64,000 nt of DNA from Takakia lepidozioides (taxonomy: Eukaryota > Plantae > Bryophyta): assembly GCA_030704615.1 (NCBI GenBank), contig CM060734.1, forward strand, positions 27,404,001-27,468,000, in the 5' to 3' direction. Positions 36,422-50,814 of this stretch are shown piece by piece. The stretch's first letter is position 1. The number at the start of each line of letters is the position of its first letter. Below the pieces are notes generated by a model. That model searched no databases, was not told the DNA's origin, and worked only from the letters and a program-made list of their open reading frames with translations. Both the position numbers and the translations under genes were made by a program.

Positions 36422-39400
36422 TCATGCTCAGACCAAGGTGTTAGTAAATCAAACATAAAACTGAAAAACAGAAGGGAGATTGGTTGATAATGTGTACAAG
36501 AACCACCAAGTACACTGGTCTAAATCAGAGAGGGAAGATACTTATGTCTCGTCGAGACATGGACAAAGACCTGACAAGGTCATTGTAAAATTAACGACAA
36601 ATCGGCCTCATTATCAACCATTCTTCATTCACAAGTCAGCTTTATGACAAATCCCAGACTTCAAAGTCAACGAAGTCTCTGGGTGGGGGGGGGGGTGGGA
36701 AAAATTAGAGACTCGATTACCACTGTTCATAGCAGGAAACCGCTGTTCAGCATGCTAAAAAGTGCCATTCATGACATGCCATGTCATTCAGTCTGTATTT
36801 CTTGGTCAGCTTACATACCAAGGCATAACCAACCATCCTACTTTATCGTTGGCCCAAAAACTAGTATAGTTTTGGGTTCTTTGTATCATGGGACATACCA
36901 AAGCGACTGAGCCGTAAGTATCCATGTCCAAATAAAGATCCATTGATCACTGTTCATGGCTGGAAATGTCTGTTTGTCTTAAAGAAGCCATTTATGATCA
37001 TAGAAGGCTTAAGAACAAAATAAGAGCATTTCTTTACATAAAGAACATCACCAAAGCAGGGTCACGGACTGATATTTGGCAGCTTATACAACAGGGGGTA
37101 ATCAGCTGCCCTATTTTGCACATCAAGTCACTTATTGACACCATGTTTTTTGCCCCCTGATCTGTTTTAGATCTGGGGCTGGTGTGTAATTTCAATGACA
37201 GGGTAGAGTAATATTCCGAACGTCCTGAACTCCTTATTTGTATAGGTAAGAGGTGTGCCAATGACTTGGGAACAGTGCAAGTATTATTCCATGCCCCAAG
37301 ACCAAGTTCTATGTCTGGGGTAGGGAAATCATTACCATAACAGGCTGTAATCAGATTTACATGCCATGCAATCATCCATAGGAAACACAAAGAATCTGAA
37401 TTGCTCATCCCATCAGGCCTGCAGGTTACTTTGGTATTATTTATCCTAAAGCAACTTGAATACAATGCCTGAATCATTCTCTTCGCATCTACCAATGTCT
37501 TACCGTTTTGGAAAATAGGTAAACATTCAAGGGCATATAACCAAGGACCAGATTTGGCCACAAAAGATCCATCCATATCAGTTTGGCATGGTATCAAGTG
37601 TCCTAGAGTAACCGGCTTCTAAAAGAGGCTAAGTTTCCAATGCTTGTACATTCAAGAACACTGTCTGGTCATGAAAACAGGTCTGCCCTACATTGTAGCA
37701 TGTTACCAGATAAATTCTTTAAAGCCATCAGCTTGTCATATCATTGCTCCATTGTCACATCAGTATGCCATAGGGAACAAGAGATAGTCGCCCTAATGAT
37801 TGTCATAAAGTAACAATCGGAAAATCTTATATCAAACTTTTAGTGTTTACCCACCCCTTGTTTTGGGTAAAACATGTGTACAAAACCAAAGGGGGCAGGT
37901 ATTGGGACTTAGGTAATGAAGTCTGGCAGGGGTTTACCACCTGGTTATATTCAGACAAAACATCTACCAGCAGCATATCATAATTGGGTATTTTTTATGG
38001 TGCTATAAAGAGCAAAGCCATAACCAGGAGAAACATAGAAACATTTGAGCCAAAGAAATGGAACTCATTCTTATCATAAGGTATCTAAATCTGACATAAG
38101 GCATCGGCTACAGGGGACCGGCAAACAAGAGTAATGTGCATTGACCGGATCATGTATTAGGTGTACACGTCTACTCCAGCAAGCTGTCTTACCGAGGCCT
38201 AGCTCAAAACTTCAGCATCCATAAGCCCTATAGATGTTCTATGCTTATCTCAGGTACCTTCAAGGATGCCTTGCTCTCCATGCCCAATTAGCCAACATAT
38301 TTTTGCTGGAGAAGATCTTACCTTACGAAGGACTTGCTTGTTCCACACCGTGGTGATGGCGGGAGAGGAGGCTGATGTCTCGTGGCTTTGGCCTTCCCAT
38401 TGCCTTGGGTTCATCGCTTCAATCAGGAACATATTTGATAACCTTTTGTCATGCTCAGACCAAGGTGTTAGTAAATCAAACATAAAACTGAAAAACAGAA
38501 GGGAGATTGGTTGATAATGTGTACAAGAACCACCAAGTACACTGGTCTAAATCAGAGAGGGAAGATACTTATGTCTCGTCGAGACATGGACAAAGACCTG
38601 ACAAGGTCATTGTAAAATTAACGACAAATCGGCCTCATTATCAACCATTCTTCATTCACAAGTCAGCTTTATGACAAATCCCAGACTTCAAAGTCAACGA
38701 AGTCTCTGGGTGGGGGGGGAGTGGGAAAAATTAGAGACTCGATTACCACTGTTCATAGCAGGAAACCGCTGTTCAACATGCTAAAAAGTGCCATTCATGA
38801 CATGCCATGTCATTCAGTCTGTATTTCTTGGTCAGCTTACATACCAAGGCATAACCAACCATCCTACTTTATCGTTGGCCCAAAAACTAGTATAGTTTTG
38901 GGTTCTTTGTATCATGGGACATACCAAAGCGACTGAGCCGTAAGTATCCATGTCCAAATAAAGATCCATTGATCACTGTTCATGGCTGGAAATGTCTGTT
39001 TGTCTTAAAGAAGCCATTTATGATCATAGAAGGCTTAAGAACAAAATAAGAGCATTTCTTTACATAAAGAACATCACCAAAGCAGGGTCACGGACTGATA
39101 TTTGGCAGCTTATACAACAGGGGGTAATCAGCTGCCCTATTTTGCACATCAAGTCACTTATTGACACCATGTTTTTTGCCCCCTGATCTGTTTTAGATCT
39201 GGGGCTGGTGTGTAATTTCAATGACAGGGTAGAGTAATATTCCGAACGTCCTGAACTCCTTATTTGTATAGGTAAGAGGTGTGCCAATGACTTGGGAACA
39301 GTGCAAGTATTATTCCATGCCCCAAGACCAAGTTCTATGTCTGGGGTAGGGAAATCATTACCATAACAGGCTGTAATCAGATTTACATGCCATGCAATCA

Positions 39401-40347
39401 TCCATAGGAAACACAAAGAATCTGAATTGCTCATCCCATCAGGCCTGCAGGTTACTTTGGTATTATTTATCCTAAAGCAACTTGAATACAATGCCTGAAT
39501 CATTCTCTTCGCATCTACCAATGTCTTACCGTTTTGGAAAATAGGTAAACATTCAAGGGCATATAACCAAGGACCAGATTTGGCCACAAAAGATCCATCC
39601 ATATCAGTTTGGCATGGTATCAAGTGTCCTAGAGTAACCGGCTTCTAAAAGAGGCTAAGTTTCCAATGCTTGTACATTCAAGAACACTGTCTGGTCATGA
39701 AAACAGGTCTGCCCTACATTGTAGCATGTTACCAGATAAATTCTTTAAAGCCATCAGCTTGTCATATCATTGCTCCATTGTCACATCAGTATGCCATAGG
39801 GAACAAGAGATAGTCGCCCTAATGATTGTCATAAAGTAACAATCGGAAAATCTTATATCAAACTTTTAGTGTTTACCCACCCCTTGTTTTGGGTAAAACA
39901 TGTGTACAAAACCAAAGGGGGCAGGTATTGGGACTTAGGTAATGAAGTCTGGCAGGGGTTTACCACCTGGTTATATTCAGACAAAACATCTACCAGCAGC
40001 ATATCATAATTGGGTATTTTTTATGGTGCTATAAAGAGCAAAGCCATAACCAGGAGAAACATAGAAACATTTGAGCCAAAGAAATGGAACTCATTCTTAT
40101 CATAAGGTATCTAAATCTGACAAAAGGCATCGGCTACAGGGGACCGGCAAACAAGAGTAATGTGCATTGACCGGATCATGTACTAGGTGTACATGTCTAC
40201 TCCAGCAAGCTGTCTTACCGAGGCCTAGCTCAAAACTTCAGCATTCATAAGCCCTATAGATGTTCTATGCTTATCTCAGGTACCTTCAAGGATGCCTTGC
40301 TCTCCATGCCCAATTAGCCAACATATTTTTGCTGGAGAAGATCTTAC
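36422..40347. repeat. Tandem duplication of a ~2,026-bp unit (copy 1 36422-38448, copy 2 38449-40347 truncated)
   Basis: Near-identical sequence and ORFs offset by 2026 bp (37034-37597 vs 39060-39623). Confidence 0.95.
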
Positions 40348-43300
40348 AAGGCTTTACCATACACTATGATAGGAGGAAAACTTTATAAGCTAGGACCTGA
40401 TGGAGTACTGAAGAGATGTTTGTACCAACATGAAGTCAATAAGGTTTTGGAGGAAACTCATAAGGGAGTGGTTGGAGGACACTTTGGAGAGGAGACTACC
40501 AGTAGAAAGATATTACTTGTAGGATACTGGCGGCCTACATTGTTCAAGGATGTACACAATTTTTGCAAAAGCTGTGATGAGTGCCAAAGATTAGGACCAT
40601 TGCAGAGATCAGGGAAGATGGCTTTACATCCTACAATGCCTACTGAACCATTCCAGAAATGGGGATTGGATTTTGTTGGCCCAATCAACCCACCTGCAAG
40701 AAACACACAGAACAAGTATATAATCACAGCTACTGATTATACTACTAAGTGGGTAGAAGCCAAAGGACTGCGAGATAACACAGCGAAATCCACAACTAGA
40801 TTCTTTATGAGAACATAATCACGAGATTTGGCTGTCCCTTAGAGTTCATCAGTGATCAGGGGAGTCATTTCATCAATGAGACCATTGAACTACTGACCAA
40901 GGAATTTATGATTGTGCATAGGAAGAGCACAACTTATTACCCACAGGGTAATGGGCAAGCAGAGGCCACCAACAAGATATTGTGCACTATTCTTGCTAAG
41001 ATAGTTAATGCTAACAGAACGGATTGGGATACAAAGCTGCTGACAGCTTTGTGGTCTTATAGGACTTCCTATAAAGTCACTACAAAGCATACACCAATTC
41101 AATTAGTCTATGGCATGGAAGCTCTACTTCCTGTGGAATTCTAGCTACCCACCATGAGAACTGAATGGGAAAGGAGAATGGATTTGGAAGATTCAATTAA
41201 AGTGAGAAGACATGAATTATATCATGTAGAGGAAGTTCGTGCCGATACAGCTGATAACATGACCAGAATACAGATGAAAAGGAAAGATCGGTTTGATAAG
41301 GCAAAACCTTTAAAACATGAGACTTGGTATTGTGGTTGCAGAAGAAAGGGAAAATTAAGGCTTCTAAGCTTAAGTCCCCATGGAAAGGACCTTATGTCAT
41401 ACAGAAGATGTATGATAACAACACAGCAATGCTGCAGATCATTAACAAGGAGATGCTTGGTAGAGTTAATGCCAACAAACTGAAGGGATACAGTGGTATC
41501 CATGATGGACCATTGCAACATGATTTGAATTTCGAAGTAGAAAAGGAGCAACAGATTGCACCAGCATCACCACCAGATCATGCAGTGCATGCCATAACGC
41601 CTCATGTGCATGGTCATATGAGAGAACACAGGGTTCTCACAGCCAGCATAGACCCACACAGGCCACACAAGCCGCACAAGCTGCACGGGCCATAGGGACG
41701 GTGACAGGTGGTCACGAGTTATCAACGATAAAAGGGTCAGTAAGTAAAAAATACAGTTAAGGGGGCACCCATAGGAAATCTGCCACGGGGCTAGAAAGTG
41801 ACGGAAGGGTGTTTGGAAGCAAACACGTGGCCTAAAAAGAAAGGTTTTCCCTATTGCATGTACTGCAAGGGAGAAAACCATCACACTAAACGACAAACGG
41901 GGCCGCCAAAGTACCCGCCAGGTACTTCCGCCGTAACTAATCCGGAACAAATAAATGCCCCGAGAAGACAGGGTAGTAATAATTCTATCAGAACACCTAG
42001 AGGGAAGTTAAGTCAACATTGTGATTATGTTGCCCATTCAAAAGAATAACGGCCAACGGGGCTGATTCTAAGAATCAAGATCAAGAACCTAAGAGGGTTA
42101 TGAGCGGCAGAGTAGGGGTTATTCCCGATAACCATTGCTTAGGGAGTGGGAGCATTGAAGGCTATAGTCCTGCAGCTATGGCGGGCGTTACGGATTACAC
42201 TCTAGCCTTACTCCTTACGCAGTGGCACAAAGATGGGCAGGACCACCTGACCTTTTCTCTCACGCATTGCTTGCAAGCACCTCAGGCTTATGTGCAACTA
42301 CCACTTCCTCTGTGTGTGAACCACACTTTCATGCTTTACGCGCTTCAGAGTTTCTTGCAATTGTTTTAAACAAGGCCTCCTTGTTTGCCAAGTATGAAGA
42401 GAGTGAGAGACATGGACGACATGAGGGTGAAGAGTAGTCTAGTGCTGCAAAAGAAGAGTATTGCCACTCCACAGGAAATACGTCTCTTGGAGGAATTAAG
42501 ATTGTAGGGCCTAACACGCAAAGATTGGTCTTTGCATCACAAAGAGATTATGATACAGTTTATCAGAAACTACGATCCAAGAACGGAGATTACACGAGTC
42601 AAGGGGGTTGACATGCAGCTTACACCAGAATACTTGCGAGAAGTATTTGACTTGCCCAAGGGAGCATAGGCAGTAGAGGAGGACAGAATAGAGTTGCAAG
42701 TCACAAATCTTTTTCCTGAGGGCAACTTCCACAAGCGCTGAATCTCCTCCTACAATTCCTGTACTTCACAATAGACAGTATCTACAGTTACCATTGCAAC
42801 TTTTTGAATTCGTTCCCTGAATTCTTGGATTTCCTCCTTGCTCAACTTCTTTGGAACCTTGCCCTCTCTTGGTCCTCCAGTCAACCAGAGCTGCAAAATG
42901 TTCTGATCCACTAACTATTGAGTGGAAGTCCTAAGAGCCTGCTCCTCCCTGAGCTTGTAAGCTTTATTTTGTTGTTCCAACTTCTCTATCATTCTCTGAT
43001 AGGGGTCCTTTAAGGCTGCATAGGCAGCTGCCAAATTATTGGCTTCATTCCACGCTCGGTCAGTTAAAGAGAGTTCATTGTCCCGTACTTTGACCTTCGG
43101 TGCAATTGTGTAAGTTGCTGGTCCTTTTGTTCATTGTGGTGCCTCAGCTCCTGGATAGTACTCTCATTGCAACGAATTGTGTTCTCCATGTCCGCAATGA
43201 GTTCTCCCTGCTCTAGTGCCCGTGCCTCTGCCCATGCACACAGTCCATATTTCTTCTTGACTTCCTCCTCAGCTTGTGTCAACTTAGCCACGAGAGTGGC

Positions 43301-45030
43301 TATTTGCAGAGTAAATTCTTTGTTGGTTGCTGCCATCCCAGCATTAATGACTTGCAATGATGCAAGAGTCTGCTCATGCTGGAGTTGCATCTGGTAGAGA
43401 TGCTGTTTGTGAGCATCTTGTAATTCTCATGTTCAAGGCTTGCCTTGATTAAATTCTCCTTTTCAAGCTGCAGAGCAGCATTAAACTCTTCTAGGGCTTT
43501 CTGTAGTTTGAGACTTGTTTCAACATCTACTCTTGTTACCCGGTCAGATAGAAGTCTAGCCTCAAACTCCTGTTTGAGCTCTTCTCGTAGGGCTGCTAAC
43601 TGCGCTGCAGGAACATGAGTTTTGAAATAGTTCCCTAAGAGATTGCGGGTTCTGTTCATGGAACTCATGATCATGGCCTGTTGCGGATCTTCCCCTTCAC
43701 CTGACTGGGGATCTTCCTTATTAACGGCAGCCTGGTGTTGAGTGGACCCATCTGGGCCAGTGCCCACTTTACTGTGCACCCGCACTCCATGAACTATTGG
43801 AGGAGTGGTTTCATCCTGATCCTTTACTTTTTCAGTCACAGCTTCCTCCAGAGGCATTGCTTCACTGTCAACAGCCATGCTCCCCATGGGCAGTAATGGA
43901 AACCTAACCAAAATGGGCTTAATCAACCTAGAGCTCTCATAGAGGAGATCACCTTGCTCTATGTCTGCTACTATTTGTTCATTGGTAGGTATTTCCAGTC
44001 CTTCCTCCTCTGTTGAAATTGGTTCGGGCGTATTGTCAATCAGAATTACCTACGGGGTGATTCGGACAGATTGTTGCAATGGTTCAAGTTCAGAGGTGAC
44101 CTCCTCCCCCTATTCCTCCATTTGCTGCTGCTGTGCCTCAGCCTATTTTGGTGTTGTGGTAACATCCGCCATTGCCAACACAACCTGCTTCTCCGCAAGC
44201 TGTTGCACTGCAACCTTCGCAGCCTGCCCTGTTTTCTGCCTCTTAGTCTTGTCCTGCCTTTCTAGGCCGCCATCACTGTGGGTAGAACTCTGTTCACCAA
44301 CCTCAGTGGCGTCCATTTCTACTATGCCCATAACCTTGCATTCTTCTATAGTAAGTGGGCATGAAGCCTGTATCAATTGTGCAATGACAGGACCAACAAC
44401 AGCCCAATCTACTTCCTCACCCCTCAGTGCTTGGGCAATCTCCTCCGCAAAGGACTTGCTGAGATACGTTTGATTTTGTTTCATATTAAACAAAACATTA
44501 AGCAGATGTCCTACCTCCCTAAGTCCTGGATACTCTGCCTTCAAGCAGTTGTACCCTCCAAACTCAAGTGGAGGATTTGAGCTCCACAATAGATGAGAGA
44601 CTATTTGTTCCTGAGGAACAATTGAACGCCAGCTTCTTGCAGGCTAAGGCTTTGGCCTTCCAAATAATTCCAGCAGACGAGGCGCAGACTATGGAGGCAG
44701 CAGGGGGGCCAATAGTTCCCTCATGAAGACAACGTGGATACAACATCTCTGGTAACGCAAACATGCCCTGACACATGGTATGATCCCTCGGGTAATGTAC
44801 CTCGAACTATGGCTGAGCATTCATATTATGATGCTATAATGTTGCCTTACACCCAAATCCCTCATGTCATGGATCAGATATGGAAGCACTTGACTTCCTA
44901 CGGAGTCACTATGACATCATTATCATTTGATGCGTCACTGGTTGCCCCTGTCAACTCGAACTCAAATCTTTGAGTCTGATAAGCCCATTGAAGATCACCA
45001 CTTTACCCGAAAATCATACTGGAGAACAAA
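40348..45030 (+). mobile_element. Internal fragment of a related Athila-like subfamily (INT, small ORF, 3' ORF) with an internal inversion
   Basis: INT at 40348-41520 is homologous to 19900-21070. Small ORF at 42178-42369. The 3' ORF starts ATGAAGAGAGTG (~42394), continues on the minus strand ~44562-42735, then resumes on + (VEDLSSTIDERLFVPEEQL). Confidence 0.85.
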
Positions 45031-45499
45031 TCACCTCTTCAATGCAACTACGTTGTCGGGTAAGTGCAGACTCTTCTCCATAAAATATGCTAGCACCAAC
45101 TTCTTGACAACATCCCCGGCGGCTTTGCTGGGGTAATGGTCTCTGTTGATAGCGCTATCACACTCCGATCCATGTTTCCTCTTTTTCCCTGATGAACTTC
45201 CCGTCCCAATGCTAGACCCTGTTCCAGACATTGCTTGGTATGGTATGGCAGGAAAATGAAATAAGCTCTTGGAACAAACTACACAAAAATAGATTGTCAC
45301 TCCCGACGCCCCCCTCAACTGGCCTAAACCCTCCCCCCTCCCGATATAGCAAATCGGTTTGTGCACCCTTTCGGTCACACGCTGGACGTGACTCCAAACC
45401 AATTCTCTCGTCAATTCAAGGATAAAAAACTCAAAAATCAAGAACGGGGAGTAAAGGTGAGAAAATGGGCAGGAGGCCTACCCTTTTATACCCCCTCCA

Positions 45500-46250
45500 C
45501 CCCCCCCCCCCCCATACCCCCATACCCAACGCTCCACCCGCAACCCGCCACATGGCGGTCGTCCATCCCACACGCGGCGGTGGACATGCGCCCGCCACGT
45601 GGTGCTGTTCCCGCCAGCGACCGCGCTTGGCGGTTGTTCGGCCACCCACCCTGCCACGTGCTGGTATTGCAGCCGTGGCTCGCCCGGCGACCACACGTGG
45701 CGGTTGTTCTCACGCCGGCGACCTGCACATGGCGGTCGTCCCGCCCACCCCACCGGGCACCCCCCCCTGCCGACCTTGGTCGCCGGTGGCCTTCCGGGCG
45801 CTTGGCGGTCGCCTGGCCGCCACCTCACCGGAGGCGACCGGCGCTTGATGATGCCCTGCCGCCACCTCATAGGAGGCGACCGCCACCATGGCGGCCTTCT
45901 GTGTGGCCACCTCAGGCGCCTCGAAGGCGACCGCCATGGTTGCGGTCGTCGAGATCACCACCACGTCCGGCAGAGTGGCGACCGCCACTAGGGCGGGTGC
46001 TTGCCTTGCCACCTCACCCGACTCCGGGGCGACCGACACTGGGGCGGTCGCGGTCCTCGCCAGCTCACTGGTTCCAAGGTGACCGCCACTTTGGCGTCAC
46101 ACTTGCCACCTCCTTTGGGCTCGCCGACAATTGTGCCATACTATCTAAGGACGTGGCAATGTTTTACCCATGTCTTTACCTACTGACGTGACGTGGGACC
46201 CAAATCCCGTCAGTGTCGCCGACGCCGACGTCACGTCACGTCACGTCGGC
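45500..46250. repeat. GC-rich degenerate repeat (GCCAC/GGCGACC/CACGTG) ending in a TGACG/ACGTC cluster
   Basis: Recurring CCACGTGG, CCACATGGCGG and GGCGACCGCC motifs; probably a DNA-transposon subterminal region. Confidence 0.55.
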
Positions 46251-48005
46251 CTGCAATCGGGATTGTCCCGATGTTGCATCCTGCTTTCCGCGATATCTCA
46301 TCGCTGTACAAACTACTTCTAACAATTGCCAAGACTTCTCCCATGTGAGCCTACTGGACTTGAAAGAGAGGAGAACAGATAGATCGCAACCTATATTTCA
46401 AACAGCCGCTCTGTATGTTCGAACAGGTCCACCTTGCCATTATTGGTATCAATTCGGCAGCCTATCCTGCTGTCGATGCAGCCTCCTACGGTCATCTTGA
46501 CGCCAGAGTTCCTCTCCATGATTGTCGTAGACTCTGTCTAAGTTCCTAAGTGCTTTACCAACGACTTCCCAATAACTAACAATTTGTCATATTTTGGCAG
46601 TACAACGCCGAAACTGCCTGTCTAAAGATCGAAAACAATCTGAAAAGAAAAATATACCATTATATGCATCTATACATTAGTTATGTCTTCAAGGAAGGCT
46701 GTTCAAATCACGAATATTGTCATACGATCATAGAAGAAGTAGAATACTGGATACCCAAAGACTTGTTACAAGTCAGATACACAGAAAAGGACAAATGGTA
46801 TTATTGTGCACATTAAAAGATTGGTGATCAATCAGTAAAGAAAGATTAAGTCGTGCTACGGCATCTGGCAGGGTGGTGTAATCTTGAAGAAACGATAGAG
46901 ACCACTGAAATTTTCCTTACTGACATACCAACGCTTAGGAGAGGGTAATTAAAAGAAATCCATATATGATGTGGGAATGAATGAAGAAACAGGGAAAAAT
47001 CTAAGCAAGACAAAACTGAAAGATTAGAAAGATATGTAGGAGGAAGGGAAGCTCGATTAAGATTAGAGTTCCCAGAATTGCAGAACTTTAATATTCTCCA
47101 TCTGGACAAGGAGGTTTACTATTTCATGAGCCAGAAACCATGAGCCATGAGCCATGAGCCGCATGAGCCGTGAGCCGAAGTCTACGACACGCCGTTTTCA
47201 TGAGCGGACTTGTCCAAATTTGGAAACGCGGCAAATTAAAAAGTATTAAAATAGTAGTTTTTAATTTGACATTGACTATTTTGGAATTTCCAGATCCTGT
47301 AATGCGGCGAAGATATGTGGTGAGCAACAATGTGGCTCATGGTTTCGTAAGTCTGCTCATGGAAAAAACCCACCGTGCAACAAAAAATCCAGTATCCCAC
47401 AGCAAAATGACGCCGTATACTGGCGTGTATAGAATATTCTGCGGTTTTATATGCCCTAACTTTGGAATGAAGCTGACCCTTTTCTCGCGATTGTATGATC
47501 CCCATGCAACAACACGGTCTGCAGTGCTTAAAAAAATCTTGCTTCTTCCTGCATTCTGTGGGAAAGGTTTTGCCACTCCACTGCAAAATGCGGTGCCATA
47601 TTTCGATCCACACGTGCGAAATTTCGAAGGAGTTCACTGTTGTGGGCAGTCAGCGCCCAGAACACTCGGTACGACTATCTTACTATGACCAAACTAGGTG
47701 CTGGTAGCGGCGGTCACAGTACTTTGAAATGCGGCGCCGCATTTCCTTGTTGGGCGTCGAATAAGGTATGCAAAGTTTGGGGTCAGAAGAAAAGTTACAA
47801 GCCCAAAAACAATTCCATGCACGTGGAAACAGAAGGCAATGACATATTAGTATACTAGTAAGACAAAAATGCATACTGGTATGAGAGACACAACTCGAAC
47901 TGTTTTCTTGCCAAAGTCAGAGGTACTTGTAGCAGTATAGTTCAACTATAACTGAAACTTTGGAAAGGATGGGCGTAATATTGTCTTGTGCCCCGAAAAT
48001 CAAGC

Positions 48006-50011
48006 TCACTGGTCCCCTGGATCCATATTCAGAAGAATGAACACCTCGGCGGGGCTCAACGATGGTGCATGTATGTAGTAATGAGTGGTGCAATTACACC
48101 CGAGTCTCTTTAGGTACACGTAGTACAGATGTTTGTAAGGGCAATACGATGCCCCATTCTTGGCCATGATCTGGAAGTCTTTGCAATTGCAGGTGGGTAA
48201 TTCTGAAATGGTAATGGTGTACACCTTGTTGCGGACAACTGAGCCTGCCGTGACCATCTGATAAATACGCCCAAAGCCTGGTGGGGGCACTTTGGTTGAG
48301 CTCTGGATTGTGCAGTTCATCCCAAGTGCATTCCCCATCCTTGTCTTGTTCACTTTTGAGGGAGGTCACCGTCTCCTCGGTTTGCCCCAACGGTGTGTAG
48401 GATGCGCATTGTTGTCGCGTTGGTCTACTCTTGCTCTCATAGGGGTCAGTGCTTGACACTGTGCAACCGGAAATGGTTGTCTGGGGACATCAGTTCGCTG
48501 CACCATCCAAAATCCCGTTGCAGTAAGGGCATCGGCCTCAACCTGACTTCAGATTGCATCCCGGTTCCATCGCCCATTTCACTGGATTTTTCGACCTTGA
48601 AGCTGTTCGTACCAACATTTCCTGCCCATCCGGCCCAAAGCCCCATTGTTTCCCGCTTAGGAATTTGTAGTACCTTGCTTGCTGGATGATTGGTCTGTCG
48701 ATGTCCTCCATTGTGGCCGTCAGGAGGTCGACCAGATGTGCAGCAGAAGACGCTCGCCAAGAGGTGTGGACTGATTCAGCCATATTCGTGGTCGGAATGT
48801 CCGTGTCCGAATCGAGGCCCAGTCCTACAAGGATAGAAACAATGGTGAGGGAAAATGGAAATGTGTGGAATACAACGAGAACTGCAGCAAAAGTCTGACA
48901 TCATACCTCCCACATGTACTATCCGAACTGTCCATACCGGTAATGCCACCACCCCAACCAACTGTGCAAGGCTCCTAGATTGATTGTCTCCACTGCACCT
49001 GACGTGTTCCACCAAGCCTCGATGATTTCAAACTTCACCTCCGCGTCATCAAATGTGGGTGCATTCTTCCACGCCATACAAAGGACACGGTGTTCAGCTT
49101 GGAAGGAGTTTGCAACAAATTTGCCTGTGTAGTGAGAAAGACTCTACATCCAATGGAATCCACAGGATCTCTCTTTCCCCTCCATCGGAGCATTTGGGTC
49201 CTCCCCATACACACGCCGCACCGCAGCCCAGTTGGCCTGAGCGTTGTCTGCCATGAATCCCCTGAAATTTGGCTTGGGCAACCCCGTCCTTGCCATCTGC
49301 TTGTTTATCCCTTCCCACAAATGCATCTCCGATTGTGTGTCCTCCCCTTTCATCTCGCAAATTGCAATCGTCATTAGCCTTTTGGAGTGATAGTCATAAA
49401 CATGCGCACCCATGGTTACCCATTGATGGTTTGTAATTTGCTTGATGTGGTCAAACATCACCCAAGCATTTGACAAGTTCCCAGTTGTCATTCGAGTGAC
49501 CAAGTCCACTCCACTCCCAGGCCCACAGGTGGACATTTTTGACGATGAAACAACGGTCGGTTTCACTGCCTTGCCCAGGAAACCTGCTACCTTGGATGTA
49601 GTCATATCCACACCTTCGTTTCACCTCCAGGATTGAGTGCATGTCCGACCCCCGGCCGAATTCCTGCTTGCAAGATACAATGTGATTCTGCATATTTGGG
49701 CTACAAACGTGCGAGACGGACTCCAAGAGGTCGATCATCTCCTTGTCGTCCAAGGGCACCCGGTCCTTTCCATCTTCAGACATGATTTTCCCCAGAGCAA
49801 TCTTGTGGGCTGCCTTCAGCTGAATCTGCTTTGGTCTGGTTCCGGGGCTCAACTTCACCTCCTCCTTTATGATTTGTTGTGCTTCCTGCACAGCCTCCCG
49901 CATGTTGCCTCTCGCCAAAGGGTGGCAGTGCACACCTACGTGTATGCAAGCTCTTGTCAAGTCTGGCAACATACTACCGACATAATACTGCTTGGCTTTG
50001 CACATTGACAT
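48006..50011 (-). pseudogene. Mutator-like (MULE) transposase with C-terminal SWIM zinc finger
   Basis: N-terminal C..RACIHVGVHCHP; MULE core VMFDH..AICEMKGED..GFMADNAQAN..CGFHW; SWIM YTITISELPTCNCKDF..CPYKHLYYV. Frameshifted. Confidence 0.75.
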
Positions 50012-50814
50012 GCATGTTGGTGGATCTTTGCAATGGGCGTTGCTTAAAGGAGTCGCGATGAGGGAGGGCGGAGCTCCGTCCTCCCGCTTAGTCCTCGCTA
50101 TCTTTAGTTATGACTAATCATTTAGGGTTCCGTCTATTTTCCGCTTCGTTACATACTGTTGCCTCTATCTTTTAGCGCCTCTGCTGTCTTAGCTCTCTCT
50201 AAGTTAGGCTATGGCTGCCGCCATGGCTCGGTTCTTTGTTCACTGTGCTGTTGCGCAGTGCTGCATTATCGTCAAAGGCTGTTGTTCCCTCTACATCTAC
50301 TGTCTCACTATTGTGGTTCTTTCAAGCTATATCATGCCAGATTCAGCGAAGTTTTCCACCCCCAAGATCAAGATTGGTGCTATGCCCCCTTACAAAGCAG
50401 CTTTGCCTTGCAACACAAGGAGCGACATTTCCGTGTCTTCCTACAGCTACCTCGATCCTCAGCTCAAAAGCAGTGTCTCCGCTATAAACATAGCAAGCTG
50501 CTATGAGGAACTTCACATGCTCTGATGGTCACACCAACAGTTTTTTACTTTGGCTCCCCAATACTGCACTCTCCAAGCACCTGAATGCTCGTCCTTACCA
50601 CTACATCAGCTCGCAAGTATCAGATCCCCAAATGATCAGCATGCGCCGAAGAAGCCCGCCTGGCAATTCTGGAGAAACCGAGACCTGTTTAAATGCCCGG
50701 TTTACCATCTCTTCCCCCCTTGTCAACCCTTGCGAGCGATGTGTGCAGCTCCTGCTACGACATGGCTCAGGCAAGAACTGTTATATGTAGGTCAGACATA
50801 GCCTCTTCTAGCAA

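Noticed and set aside
37034-37597. 187-aa ORF repeated at 39060-39623 and 12715-13383
   Set aside because: It recurs only because the DNA is recently duplicated. It starts at a non-ATG codon, has no recognisable domain and shows no codon-level conservation.
45031-45240. Minus-strand N-terminus with a KKRK motif
   Set aside because: A short truncated fragment with no assignable family.
45361-46191. 276-aa Pro/Arg-rich ORF
   Set aside because: GC-rich degenerate repeat that is open in many frames.
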